From an uncultured archaeon (GTDB taxonomy: Archaea > Asgardarchaeota > Lokiarchaeia > Sigyniarchaeales > SOKP01), in the NCBI GenBank assembly GCA_964388035.1, contig CAYLZE010000007.1, positions 48,246 to 112,245 on the forward strand: a stretch of DNA of 64,000 nucleotides, given 5' to 3'. A program made the position numbers and the translations under genes. The notes under the pieces were generated by a model. The model did no database searches and had not been told where the DNA came from. It worked only from the letters and a program-made list of their open reading frames with translations. Positions 29,124-39,300 of the stretch are shown here, one piece after another. Position 1 is the first letter of the stretch, and every line of letters starts with the position of its first letter.

Positions 29124-29504
29124 TTAGGGTAATGAAGGAATTTTAGTCCATAGTAAGACTGCCATGATTAATCCATAAATTGCTAATGCCTCACAGAGTG
29201 CTACTACGAGAAAAGCTTTAAAAAAGACTTCTTCCTTCTCAGATAATGACGCTATTGCTGCTGTACCCGTTGTTTTTAATGCTGTACCCGCACCTAAAGT
29301 TGATAACCCTATGGCTATGCCCGCTCCTAAACCGAGCATCCCAGCAGTGTTGGCACTATAGTAATCATAATTAGAGGGTTGCTGAACTTGTGCACTAACA
29401 AAACTAATTATTCCATCAACGGAGAAAAGAACTACCATCACCAGAAGAACTTGAAATACCGCTAGTAATAAAAAAAACTTCTGTTTACCATTCATCAATT
29501 TCAC
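29124..29504 (-). CDS. atpK: A/V-type ATPase proteolipid subunit K (c), single hairpin with N-terminal leader
   Basis: LGAGIAIGLSTLGAG...ALCEALAIYGLI with the ion-carrying Glu; hydrophobic leader ending VSAQ. Confidence 0.93.
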   Translation of the reverse strand: MKLMNGKQKFFLLLAVFQVLLVMVVLFSVDGIISFVSAQVQQPSNYDYYSANTAGMLGLGAGIAIGLSTLGAGTALKTTGTAAIASLSEKEEVFFKAFLVVALCEALAIYGLIMAVLLWTKIPSLP

Positions 29505-29940
29505 GTATTATGATTTGTTCTTAATTAATATTCTAAATAATTTTAAAATATTTTAAGTCTTCCTAAAAGAAAAAACTATTGCTTAGATTTATAATGAATG
29601 ATATGAAAGAAACTAGTTTCCAAAAAAATTATATCGTTAAAAACCTCTTTTGTTTCTCACCTTCTTTGATTGCTACTAAAATTTTAATTATAAGCATAAA
29701 AAGCCGAATATTATAATATTTAATTAGAAATAGTAATCTTTGAATATCTGCCATTTTGAGACTAATATTATTTTCCTATTATACTCATGTAGAGGAATAT
29801 TTATAGAATCTTTTTATCTTCAATGTTTTAACATATTTTTTTGAGTCATTTTTCGAAACCGAGAGATTTAAAAGCACGTACCCCATTAAAATTGCAAATT
29901 AGTCTCATGTAATTATAAAAATATAACCCGATAAACAAAA

Positions 29941-31440
29941 ATGATATATCAAGGATTGTTCAACATATTAGACTTGTATTTAAACCAAATGCACTCCTTT
30001 TATAGTTCTATTGATAATTATTTTCAGCAGAAAATCAAAAATGTCTTTGGAACAACGGTCATTAGCAATGAGATTAAAGAAACTCATGAGAAAATCATTT
30101 CTATGATTTCGGAAGATTTGAGCGAATTAGGGTTAACAATGGAGGATATTGATTGGATCTTTTCAAGAAGATTCTCCAATGGACAAAAATCTCTTCTTAG
30201 CAAATCAGAGATATATGTTACTGCTTTAGAGATTTATAATGCTAAAATATCCTCCGTGCTCCATGAGTTTTTTTTAGAAAAAATATTTGAGTATTTAGCA
30301 GATGAACCAACGAGTAACTCAACAATAATGTACTTAAAATCTAAGAATTTCTTGACTATTGAATTCATGATGGAATTGCGGAATTTAAAAAGTTTATATG
30401 ATAAAGCCCCAAAAAAGAAAAAAAACTTAGGAAAATACCTCAAAATTCGGGAAGAAATCTTATACCTCTTGAAAAAAAATAGAGAAAAGATAGAAGAACT
30501 CGAAGAATTTTCTGATCCGAGAGATAGATTGCAGTTATTCTACATGATATTTCGGATTATCGACTTTTTTGGAATTCAAACGATATTTGATTTTAGTAAG
30601 ATCAAGAATTACATCCAAAATAATATAGAGGAGTGGCTAGAAACCCTTCCTTTAGTTACCTTAAAGAATCCTGACCTCTATTATTGTGGAATCTATTTAG
30701 CAAAGGGGTTAGATTTAACTTTTAAGGAAGAAGATGAATATACAATCAAATACTTTCTACTAAGTATATATGATGAAAATATTGATGAATTTGAAGCACC
30801 AGTAATTGAAGCTACTAATAAAGTGGACTATTTTCTTAGATCTTCATTATTAATGGACTTAGAATTATCAGAGGAACAAGTTAAGGAGCTCCTAAAAATA
30901 CCTCCTAAATTCTTAAGGGGTAATCATCTAAAAAATTTAGAAACATCTCAATTAGTCCTTATCCTACAAATGTATAATATAATGAAAGTAAAAAATGTAG
31001 ATAGTACCATTGTAAAAATGATAATGAATGAGATTGAACAGCGCATTTCAACGGGAGGAATCAAGCAATTTAGAGAAGGATTTATTACTTCTGAGGCAAC
31101 TTATTATGTCATGTTATGTAATTATATGCAAAGTACAATGAATATTTTAAAAGATTATGACTTGATTGATAAACTAATCTCACGAATTTTTAGAAACTTA
31201 GGAATACTTGTTTTTACTGAAGAAACGAATTATGATTTATTGAGCGAGATCTTTTTCTCTTGTGAAGCTTTAAAATTATTAAATTGTGGTGAATCCATAA
31301 CTGCCCTTATTCATCTAGTAAAATATTTATTTCCACAAGACGTATTAGATAAAATTTTGATCAGGGGAAATAAATTTAAGCAAGATATCAAATTCAACAA
31401 TTTAAAAATTAGTAGACTTACAGGAGAAAACCTCCATTAA
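29941..31440 (+). CDS. Uncharacterised all-alpha protein (possible alpha/alpha-toroid C-terminal half)
   Basis: 499-aa ORF with helical composition; weak GG.....SEATYY repeat-like motif. Confidence 0.6.
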   Translation: MIYQGLFNILDLYLNQMHSFYSSIDNYFQQKIKNVFGTTVISNEIKETHEKIISMISEDLSELGLTMEDIDWIFSRRFSNGQKSLLSKSEIYVTALEIYNAKISSVLHEFFLEKIFEYLADEPTSNSTIMYLKSKNFLTIEFMMELRNLKSLYDKAPKKKKNLGKYLKIREEILYLLKKNREKIEELEEFSDPRDRLQLFYMIFRIIDFFGIQTIFDFSKIKNYIQNNIEEWLETLPLVTLKNPDLYYCGIYLAKGLDLTFKEEDEYTIKYFLLSIYDENIDEFEAPVIEATNKVDYFLRSSLLMDLELSEEQVKELLKIPPKFLRGNHLKNLETSQLVLILQMYNIMKVKNVDSTIVKMIMNEIEQRISTGGIKQFREGFITSEATYYVMLCNYMQSTMNILKDYDLIDKLISRIFRNLGILVFTEETNYDLLSEIFFSCEALKLLNCGESITALIHLVKYLFPQDVLDKILIRGNKFKQDIKFNNLKISRLTGENLH

Positions 31441-31501
31441 TATGGTAGTGAGTCTTTATCTTTCCTTTTTAGTTCCATTTGGAAAATATCTTTTTTTAAT
31501 T

Positions 31502-32545
31502 TTAAGCAAATAGAATTATTTTTAATATAGCGTAAGTTGAATAATAAAAAATTAAGATAAGTGATTCCCGAACAGTTAAAGTATTATCAGTCCATAGAAA
31601 AATAAGACTTAAGAAAATTGCTCCCAATAAAAGAGGAATATCAAACCATATTAAAGAGGGGGGAACGATAAAATCTACTATTATTGCACCTGATCCAGTA
31701 GCTAATAAAATATCACAGATATTTGATCCAAGGATATCTCCTATCGCAATTCCGGAAGATTTTCTTTTTAAAGCGGTTAAATCAGCTACTAGTTCTGGTA
31801 AACTTGTACCTACTCCAACCAGAAATAACCCTATAATGTATTGGGGGATCTGTAATATTTTTGCTAATTCATGTGCATTTAGAACAGTCAATTCTGCGCC
31901 GATTAATAAGATAGTTAATCCTAATAAAAAGATTAATAGATTCCTAAAAACTTTATTCTTAATATCTGGTATGTCTTGCTTATTTTCCACATTTTTTATA
32001 ATGGCAGAAGATTCATCCTCAATTTTTTCTTTTAAAGCCAAATATTTACGAACTTCTTTTTCCGCTCGTTCGTTTTTTTTTTCACTCCAAATTATAAAAA
32101 TTAAAAATAAAAAATAAGAGACAATATAGATAATTGCATCTATTCTTGAAATGATTCCATCCATCGCACAGAAAAAAAATATAGCAAGGGCCACGATCAT
32201 CATCAATCCTTCCCGTTTTAGTTCCCATTTTGAAACAAAGATGGCTTGAGTCAATCCCAATATCCCTAAAATTAAACTTATTTGTGCGAAGAATGATCCT
32301 ACTTTATTTCCTATTACGATACCATCAATTGTGGGATCCAATCCCGTTACTTTATCAAAAGCACCCATTACACTAACTGCAATTTCGGGAAAGCTCGTTC
32401 CTATAGAAAGAATAGTCAGACCTATAAGAATATGACTAATCCCAAACTTTTTTGCTATGTTTTCTAAACTAATCACGGTTAATTTTGCTCCATAAAACAA
32501 ACATATTAGCCCTAAAAAGAGAAACAAAATCGTATTTACAATCAT
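31502..32545 (-). CDS. Na+/Ca2+ exchanger (CaCA, YrbG/NCX_Mj type)
   Basis: Alpha-repeats GTSFPE and GTSLPE, GNKVGS and GDILGSNICD, about 10 TM. ATG at 32545 preferred over the TTG at 32590. Confidence 0.93.
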   Translation of the reverse strand: MIVNTILFLFLGLICLFYGAKLTVISLENIAKKFGISHILIGLTILSIGTSFPEIAVSVMGAFDKVTGLDPTIDGIVIGNKVGSFFAQISLILGILGLTQAIFVSKWELKREGLMMIVALAIFFFCAMDGIISRIDAIIYIVSYFLFLIFIIWSEKKNERAEKEVRKYLALKEKIEDESSAIIKNVENKQDIPDIKNKVFRNLLIFLLGLTILLIGAELTVLNAHELAKILQIPQYIIGLFLVGVGTSLPELVADLTALKRKSSGIAIGDILGSNICDILLATGSGAIIVDFIVPPSLIWFDIPLLLGAIFLSLIFLWTDNTLTVRESLILIFYYSTYAILKIILFA

Positions 32546-32797
32546 TATTGCTTTAATATACAATACTTTTTTAAAAATTTTGAAAAGCAAAAAGCACTAA
32601 AATTATTATTTCTTAATTGGTTTCATATTCACAATTATCAAATAGATTAATAAATATTTTGAATTCCAATAAACATGGATAATTTGTGACAAAATAAAAA
32701 TTAAGGTCAATAATTTTTTAATACTATCATCAAAGACTCAAAAATATCCTTTATGTTAAAATAATTAATAAGCAGATTAAGGAAAATTGATAATAAT

Positions 32798-33319
32798 TTA
32801 TTTAATGATTTTCTGAATTTCGACAATCCTTTTCGAAATGTGTTCTAGTGAATATTTAATATGATTTTGCATTTCAATTATTTCTGATAATATTTTATTA
32901 ATATGGGTTTTTTGAGAATTTGATAAGGATTTTTGCATTTGTGAGGATTTTATGGAATTCTGCGGATTCTCTTCTTTTTTTACGATAAAAGTTCTGGATT
33001 CTCCAGGATATTTAAGATCCACGCGTCCTTCAATAATTTCATTATAAATTGGGATAAATTCTTCTGGCTCACGACCTTGCTTGATTAATTCATATTGATA
33101 ATCATAATATTGCTTTTTACCTTTTAATTTTCCCGCCCAATTCGAAGCGATATAACGATGAAAGAGCCGGGATTTTTGCCCTGCCCATAACCATATGGTT
33201 TTAATGGTCTTATCTATAATTAGATAGACACCTTCAGGCTCAAAAAAAGTAGTGATTTCATTTGATAAAGATTCCCCGTCAATAATATAACAATATTCTG
33301 AATATTCCTTGCTTAACAT
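32798..33319 (-). CDS. Single gelsolin-domain protein with C-terminal coiled coil
   Basis: VYLIID...TIWLWAGQKS....RYIA...A.KL...LIKQGREPEEF matches the gelsolin repeat (xILD..IxxWxG..S...QG.EP.EF). Confidence 0.82.
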   Translation of the reverse strand: MLSKEYSEYCYIIDGESLSNEITTFFEPEGVYLIIDKTIKTIWLWAGQKSRLFHRYIASNWAGKLKGKKQYYDYQYELIKQGREPEEFIPIYNEIIEGRVDLKYPGESRTFIVKKEENPQNSIKSSQMQKSLSNSQKTHINKILSEIIEMQNHIKYSLEHISKRIVEIQKIIK

Positions 33320-33514
33320 TTTATTCTCTCTCCTTTGCTAATTAAAAAATTAATCTAAAAATTCCTAATTAAATTTAACGTAAAGAAAAGGCACTTGTAA
33401 TAAAGAAAAAATAAATAATAGCTATTTAAATTAGGGAAATTAATCGTTAAATTGCTAAAAGGTACTGATTTTAAGTATATCAAGATTAAAAAAAGAAAAT
33501 AAAGTGATAATTTA

Positions 33515-35449
33515 TTATTCATAAAACTGTTCCAATGCCAATAGTAAGTCCTTGAGGGTGCTTAGATCCGGTATGAAGAGAAAAGTCCCAACCATTTTTA
33601 TGTCCGTTATCAATACATTCGTCGTAATAACCAAGGATAATTTCTTTAAGAGCCCGATTTCTTTTTGTAATATTTTAAATAATTGCTTACCTGTATCAAC
33701 GCTAATATCGGGAGGTTCGGTCATTAATCTTAAATTAAGAAGATCACCAATCGCGTTAGCATAATGGCTGGCTAAGATGTGTCCCAATTCTTTCATAGCA
33801 TCTTCATAAATTTCTGGAATATCTTTTACAGCTTCGATCTTTTTTCGCATATCTATCTTCTTTTTATCCTTATCGTCTATGATAATCGATGTGAGATCAA
33901 TGAAATCTTTAATTTTGAAGATCGATAATACCGTTGCCCTCGTTTTTCCTATGACATTACTCCAAGCGATAAAGAGTTTTTCATTTTTCTTACTAATTTC
34001 ATTAGCATATTTATCCAATTCTACCATTTCTACCGATGGTATATTGATATCCACTCTTTTATTGATCATTTTGGCTAATGCATTAGCCGCATTGCCCGCC
34101 CCCATATTTCCTACTTCTTGAAGGGCATCCCTTTGTAATTCAGTCAATTCTATTACCTCTATCTCTTTTTCCACAGTATCATTTTTAATTCCTTTAATTA
34201 ATGGTTCATAATCTATTTGAAGCTTGTCGAAAAAGTTGTAAAGCGTGTTGATATCGGGAATAAAGAAAAACACACCATTCAACCTTAAGTCCACCACCTT
34301 AATGGAAGTCTTGATAATCACTACAAAATCCGCAATGGCATTTATTTCTGAGCCTAAAAATTCTCCTAGCGATCCAACATTAGTTAAAGCAAATTCGGGC
34401 TTTTCAAGCATCATTTTCATTTTTGTTAAATCCGCTAATGCAGAAACGTAATGTCCCGCCATGATATTACCCATTTCTTCAATAGTAGAGATGGCAAAAT
34501 CATCCAAATCTTCTTTTCCATTAACTTTACTTGGGTCTACTTTTGTATCCTTGCCCGCTAAACTCGCCACCAATTTCATTAATGGTCTCACTTCAAATAC
34601 TTGAAGTATTGTCGATTCCGAAGGTCCTTTAATTTTTGAGAAAATACCGCAGATTTTTTCTTGAATTCCTCCAAATTGGTTACTAAGTTGTTCAAAGGTA
34701 ATTATTCCGACATCTGTCAAGTCGACATCAATTTTTTTCTTTATCAATCGAGAAAGAGCGGTAATTGCATTACCGGAACCGATATTCCCGATTTCTTTCA
34801 ATGTATCTTTTTGATATTCAGTTAGCTTCAAATCCACTTCAGTTGCGTTCGAACCCCGCTTAAATGCAAGAGGTTTCGGTTCAGGATGAGGAATTCTTGG
34901 GATAAAATCTTCTTCTTGTGGAATTTGCTTAAATTCTCCTTGATTGACCTCTTTTTTATTGGGGAGCGACACAGGTTTAGGTGCCATGGTTCTAAGGGAG
35001 GGGGGGACAATTGCATCTAGGTCTAATAAAATGTACGTCGTATCATCCAATACTCCTACCGATTTGATAAACCTGTAATCAATATAAGTCTCAATAATAG
35101 TACTCTTTGTCTCAAAAATCGAGAGGGGAAGCTTTTTTACGCCTATGACTTCATCTATCAATAAAGCAATTTTCAAATTACCCATTTCTAAAAGTACAAT
35201 TCTTGACTTTTCGGTTAATTCATAATCTGTTACTTTTTCATATAATTTATGCCGTAGGGAAATGATGGTATAAATTTCTCCTCGAATATCAATGAGACCT
35301 AATATACTTTTATCTGCTAAGGGAACGGGAACAATATTCTCTTTAGGAATGAAAATTTCCTTCACATTCTTTACTTGTAGCAAATAATTTTCATTCCTTA
35401 CTTTGATGATGATTGTATTCACGTTCTTGACTTCTTCTGACTCGATCAT
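33515..35449 (-). CDS. CheW-CheC-CheC fusion protein
   Basis: CheW domain (VPVP...ILGLIDIRGEI..IISLR, LLIDEVIGV), Pro-rich linker, two CheC domains (LKEIGNIGSGNA/IEEMGNI; LQEVGNMGAGNA/MKELGHI). Confidence 0.92.
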   Translation of the reverse strand: MIESEEVKNVNTIIIKVRNENYLLQVKNVKEIFIPKENIVPVPLADKSILGLIDIRGEIYTIISLRHKLYEKVTDYELTEKSRIVLLEMGNLKIALLIDEVIGVKKLPLSIFETKSTIIETYIDYRFIKSVGVLDDTTYILLDLDAIVPPSLRTMAPKPVSLPNKKEVNQGEFKQIPQEEDFIPRIPHPEPKPLAFKRGSNATEVDLKLTEYQKDTLKEIGNIGSGNAITALSRLIKKKIDVDLTDVGIITFEQLSNQFGGIQEKICGIFSKIKGPSESTILQVFEVRPLMKLVASLAGKDTKVDPSKVNGKEDLDDFAISTIEEMGNIMAGHYVSALADLTKMKMMLEKPEFALTNVGSLGEFLGSEINAIADFVVIIKTSIKVVDLRLNGVFFFIPDINTLYNFFDKLQIDYEPLIKGIKNDTVEKEIEVIELTELQRDALQEVGNMGAGNAANALAKMINKRVDINIPSVEMVELDKYANEISKKNEKLFIAWSNVIGKTRATVLSIFKIKDFIDLTSIIIDDKDKKKIDMRKKIEAVKDIPEIYEDAMKELGHILASHYANAIGDLLNLRLMTEPPDISVDTGKQLFKILQKEIGLLKKLSLVITTNVLITDIKMVGTFLFIPDLSTLKDLLLALEQFYE

Positions 35450-35488
35450 ATTTTTTACCTCTTTCTTTCAATTGTTTTTTTTAGATTT

Positions 35489-36322
35489 TCACGTTTTTAT
35501 CATAATACCTTTCCAAATTAATTCAATAACTTGTTCTTGTTCTTTTACCACTTCAGAAAAATAACCTATTTGCCGGAAGATAGCAATTTGCCCTCCATCT
35601 GACATCTTATAAATGTAATCCAATAAGTCTTGAATATCCCCGAAATTAAACCCTGCAATCTTAAATTGTTCCACATCGTTAAGCATGACGATTATTAAAT
35701 CTTCCCCATTAAAATTTTTTTCAGGATCCATGTACTCTACCCATAATTCGGGATAAATTGTTTTTTGTTTCAAGTTAAAGGCTTCATTGATAGGTATGTT
35801 TCTAAAAGTCTTATTGGTAGCAATGATGACTCGATCCGGTTCAATATTTGAGACCGTACCATAAGTGATGATATTATTAATGGTTTCCATGTAAAGAGAT
35901 AAATCTAAAGTATCGCAACACGTAATGAAAATTATTTTATCATCTTTATCTTGAACGCCAAAATCGATATCATTACTTTCTAAATCCAATTTAATAGATT
36001 CTATATTCATTTTTTTTGTATATTTTAGATATTTATATAATCGCCATTTAATGGCCTTTCTATCATTTAATTCCTTACTTATGAAGATTTTGTATAACAG
36101 TTCAAGTTGAGCATGATTTAATTTGGAAAGATTCTCATTATTTCCAAATTCGCCGGTTAGTTCATAATACCTTTCTTTAGATATTTTATCATTTTCACCT
36201 GCTAGATCATTCAGAATTACCGAAATTTCTCCTGCAGTAAAGCCGGGAGTAATTCTTTTTAATAATTCTCTCAAAAAGTCATCTGATTTATCATACAAGG
36301 TGTCATAATATTGATAATTCAT
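35489..36322 (-). CDS. Uncharacterised cytoplasmic protein within the che operon
   Basis: 277-aa ORF, short spacers to both neighbours, GGAG SD; central IDFGVQDKDDKIIFITC segment weakly resembles a restriction-endonuclease-like fold. Confidence 0.7.
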   Translation of the reverse strand: MNYQYYDTLYDKSDDFLRELLKRITPGFTAGEISVILNDLAGENDKISKERYYELTGEFGNNENLSKLNHAQLELLYKIFISKELNDRKAIKWRLYKYLKYTKKMNIESIKLDLESNDIDFGVQDKDDKIIFITCCDTLDLSLYMETINNIITYGTVSNIEPDRVIIATNKTFRNIPINEAFNLKQKTIYPELWVEYMDPEKNFNGEDLIIVMLNDVEQFKIAGFNFGDIQDLLDYIYKMSDGGQIAIFRQIGYFSEVVKEQEQVIELIWKGIMIKT

Positions 36323-36355
36323 TTGTTATCTTTCTCCTAATATTCTTTATTATAT

Positions 36356-39300
36356 TTATCCAAAAATAAAAGATTCTAATTCATCATATTCTATTTCTTT
36401 ATCATCCATTTTTTTCACATAATAACGAATTTCCTTTTCTTGATAAGGTTGAATTTTTTCTATAGTAAATAATATCGTGTCGCCTTTTTCTGCTTTAGAT
36501 TTTTCCAATTCATAATTAATATTGGAGGAAATAAACTTAAATGATTTTGAGAGGGTATCCTTAATAATTACCTCCTCTACATCTACATCCGAATTATTCC
36601 GGACTATCACGCTGATTCCGAATTCATTTAATTCTCTTCCGGGAAAAATTTCCTTACCAATCAATAAATCCCTGCGCTTATGAATTACCTTTAACTGGGG
36701 TAATAACTTTGACGGCACGCTACTTTGAATGATATAATATAATATTTCCGCTTCCTTTTCGTGCTGGTGAATATATGGGAAGTAAATGGTATAGTCCAAG
36801 GGAAAATTATATGCTTTTTTATGGTTTGGAGTAATTGCCTTTAAAGGATACTTTATCTCGAGAAAATCATCGACGTCCATTAATATAGATTGACTATCTT
36901 TTTGGAGATTCAAGGATAATTCTAGTTGATGAGATTTCGTAGGATCCTTATCATAAGGTATGATATTCACTTTGATAATATTTGAACTTATCTTACCCGA
37001 AGAATTCCTAACTTGGAATTCTGAGCTATCAAAAGAAGGAAGAAAATCCGAGGGAATCATTTCAATCAGATTCATGCTCTTAATTGCAATTGTACCGAGA
37101 TTTTTGATCATGACGACATTCTGCAGGACGTTCTCTTCAAAAGATTTTATTTCATGCTGAGAGAATTTTTTGTCTATGCGTAAATCAGCAATATCAAAAT
37201 AGCGATCATCGAATTTGAGAGAAACAATAGATCTTTTCTCGATTTGATAAGTTACTCCGTATTCTAATTTTCGGTAAAACTTCGGTTCTTTTAAACTTTC
37301 AACCATCCACCCTTCGCTTTCGTATTGGGAACCGGGATGAATTATGCTTGTTGAATCATTCGAATCAAAATGTAGATCTAAATAATTTTGTTTTCTATTT
37401 TCATCAACAACGTTTATTGATTTTAATAGAATATTAAAATCGCTATTATTTAGAAATGTGAGAAAACAGTGCCACTTATTAGGTTCTTCCTCCATTTCTT
37501 TTAAATTCATAGCATGCATCACGTGAGAATACCCTGAAAAATTCTCAATATCTAATCCAGAAATCAGTTGGCTTTTATAAAGATAAGAGATTTGAACTGT
37601 CCCTGTACTGATAATCTTTCTTTCGGAGGGATATATTTCTACAAAAATAATAATTTCTGCTTTTGCCCCGGGTTTTAACTCATTTAATGTACAAAATAAG
37701 GTCCTATTTTCAATTTCAATTCCTTGTACAGCATCACTTTTATATTTAAAATCATAAAAATCTTCAGAGAATAACTTTCCTAATTTTATATCCGTAATAA
37801 TACTATCAGATACATTTTCAAGCTTAAGGGTAAACTTGACGGAATTTTTCTGATTAAATAATAACAATAATTTATTTTTTGCCTCATAGCTCTCTAATTT
37901 TTCCACATGTTCCAAAAAGGAAGACTTTTTTGCGTCCTCCTCTTTATAAATTTCTTCTAATTTCTCTTTTAAGGTGAATTCTCTTTTATCCTCATAATCT
38001 TGAACTTCATTTTTGAGATTAATTATTTTTGATTCTAGCTCATTTTTTTCCTGAAATAATTCGCTGGATTGGTCACAAACTTTGTTATATTCTTTCTTCA
38101 TCTCGTTTAACTTGGATCTGAATTCTTCTAAAGTTGTATCATGTTTATTAATAATGGAATCAATTTTCTTGTCGAACTCTTCTTTAATAACGACATTATT
38201 TCTTAGGCTCTTTATTTCCTCATCTTCTAATTTCGAGAGTTCTCTCCCTTCTTTGTCTATTAGGTTTTCTTTAGTAGCAACCAGCTCTTCAAATATTTTT
38301 CTCTTTTGTTTAACTAGATTATCCAAATTTTTTCTTTTTTCTTCCCATTGATCAAGTTCTTTATTAAATTTTTCATAAAAAGACTCTTCGCTTTCAAGCT
38401 TTTTTTCAAGATCATCAAGACTCTCTTGAAATTTTTTTTCTACTTCAGCTGAGTCTAATCCTTCTTTTTCTGCATTTTTCAGTTCTTTTGATTTATCTTT
38501 CAATAATGATTTTTGATTTTTTGATAAGTCTTTAATTAAAGTCTTTTTATCTTTATTAGTCTGTTTTAACTTATCCGCCTTTTCTAAGGCATCTTTCAAA
38601 TCTTTTTCATTTTTATCTAATTCTAATTGAATAGCCTTAATTTGTGGATCATATTCCTTATTTAAATCTGATATTATTTTATTTTTCTTTTCTTGAAAAT
38701 TAATTTTCGTTTTCTCAATCCGGTTATTCAATTCTGACAATTCTTCTTGATTTTTGACCTTAAGTGTCTTAAGGTCCATTTCTTTTTCAATCGGATGACT
38801 TTCACTTAAATCTTTCAAGTATTTAATTTGAAGCTCTATCTTTTTTTGTACTATATTATTTATTTCATTTTCATTCTGTTCAATTAAATTGCTTAACTGT
38901 TCTTTTTGATTAGAAATATTATTAAATTGTTTCATTACATCACTATAATATTCTTCCTTAGAACTCACATCTGATTTTAACTTTCCCAGTTTTGTATCAA
39001 AATTCTTAGCGATTTCTTCATTTAGCTCGTCTTGTTTCTTGGAGGTTTGCTTTTTAATCTTTTCAATTTCTTCCTCCTTATTTTCAAAACGAAGCTTTTT
39101 TATCTCAACATTAGTAACTTCTATAGTTTCGGTTAATTTTAATGGAGGAGCAAGTTCCTTAGTATCAATTAAGCTATAATTAACATTTTTAGTACTTCGG
39201 GGTTCAAAATTACCTAAACTGATAGTATTTCCTCCTTCCAAGTTAATATTATTCATTCCAGTGAGTGTAAGTTTTGAATCCCATACTCTATCCTTTTTTG

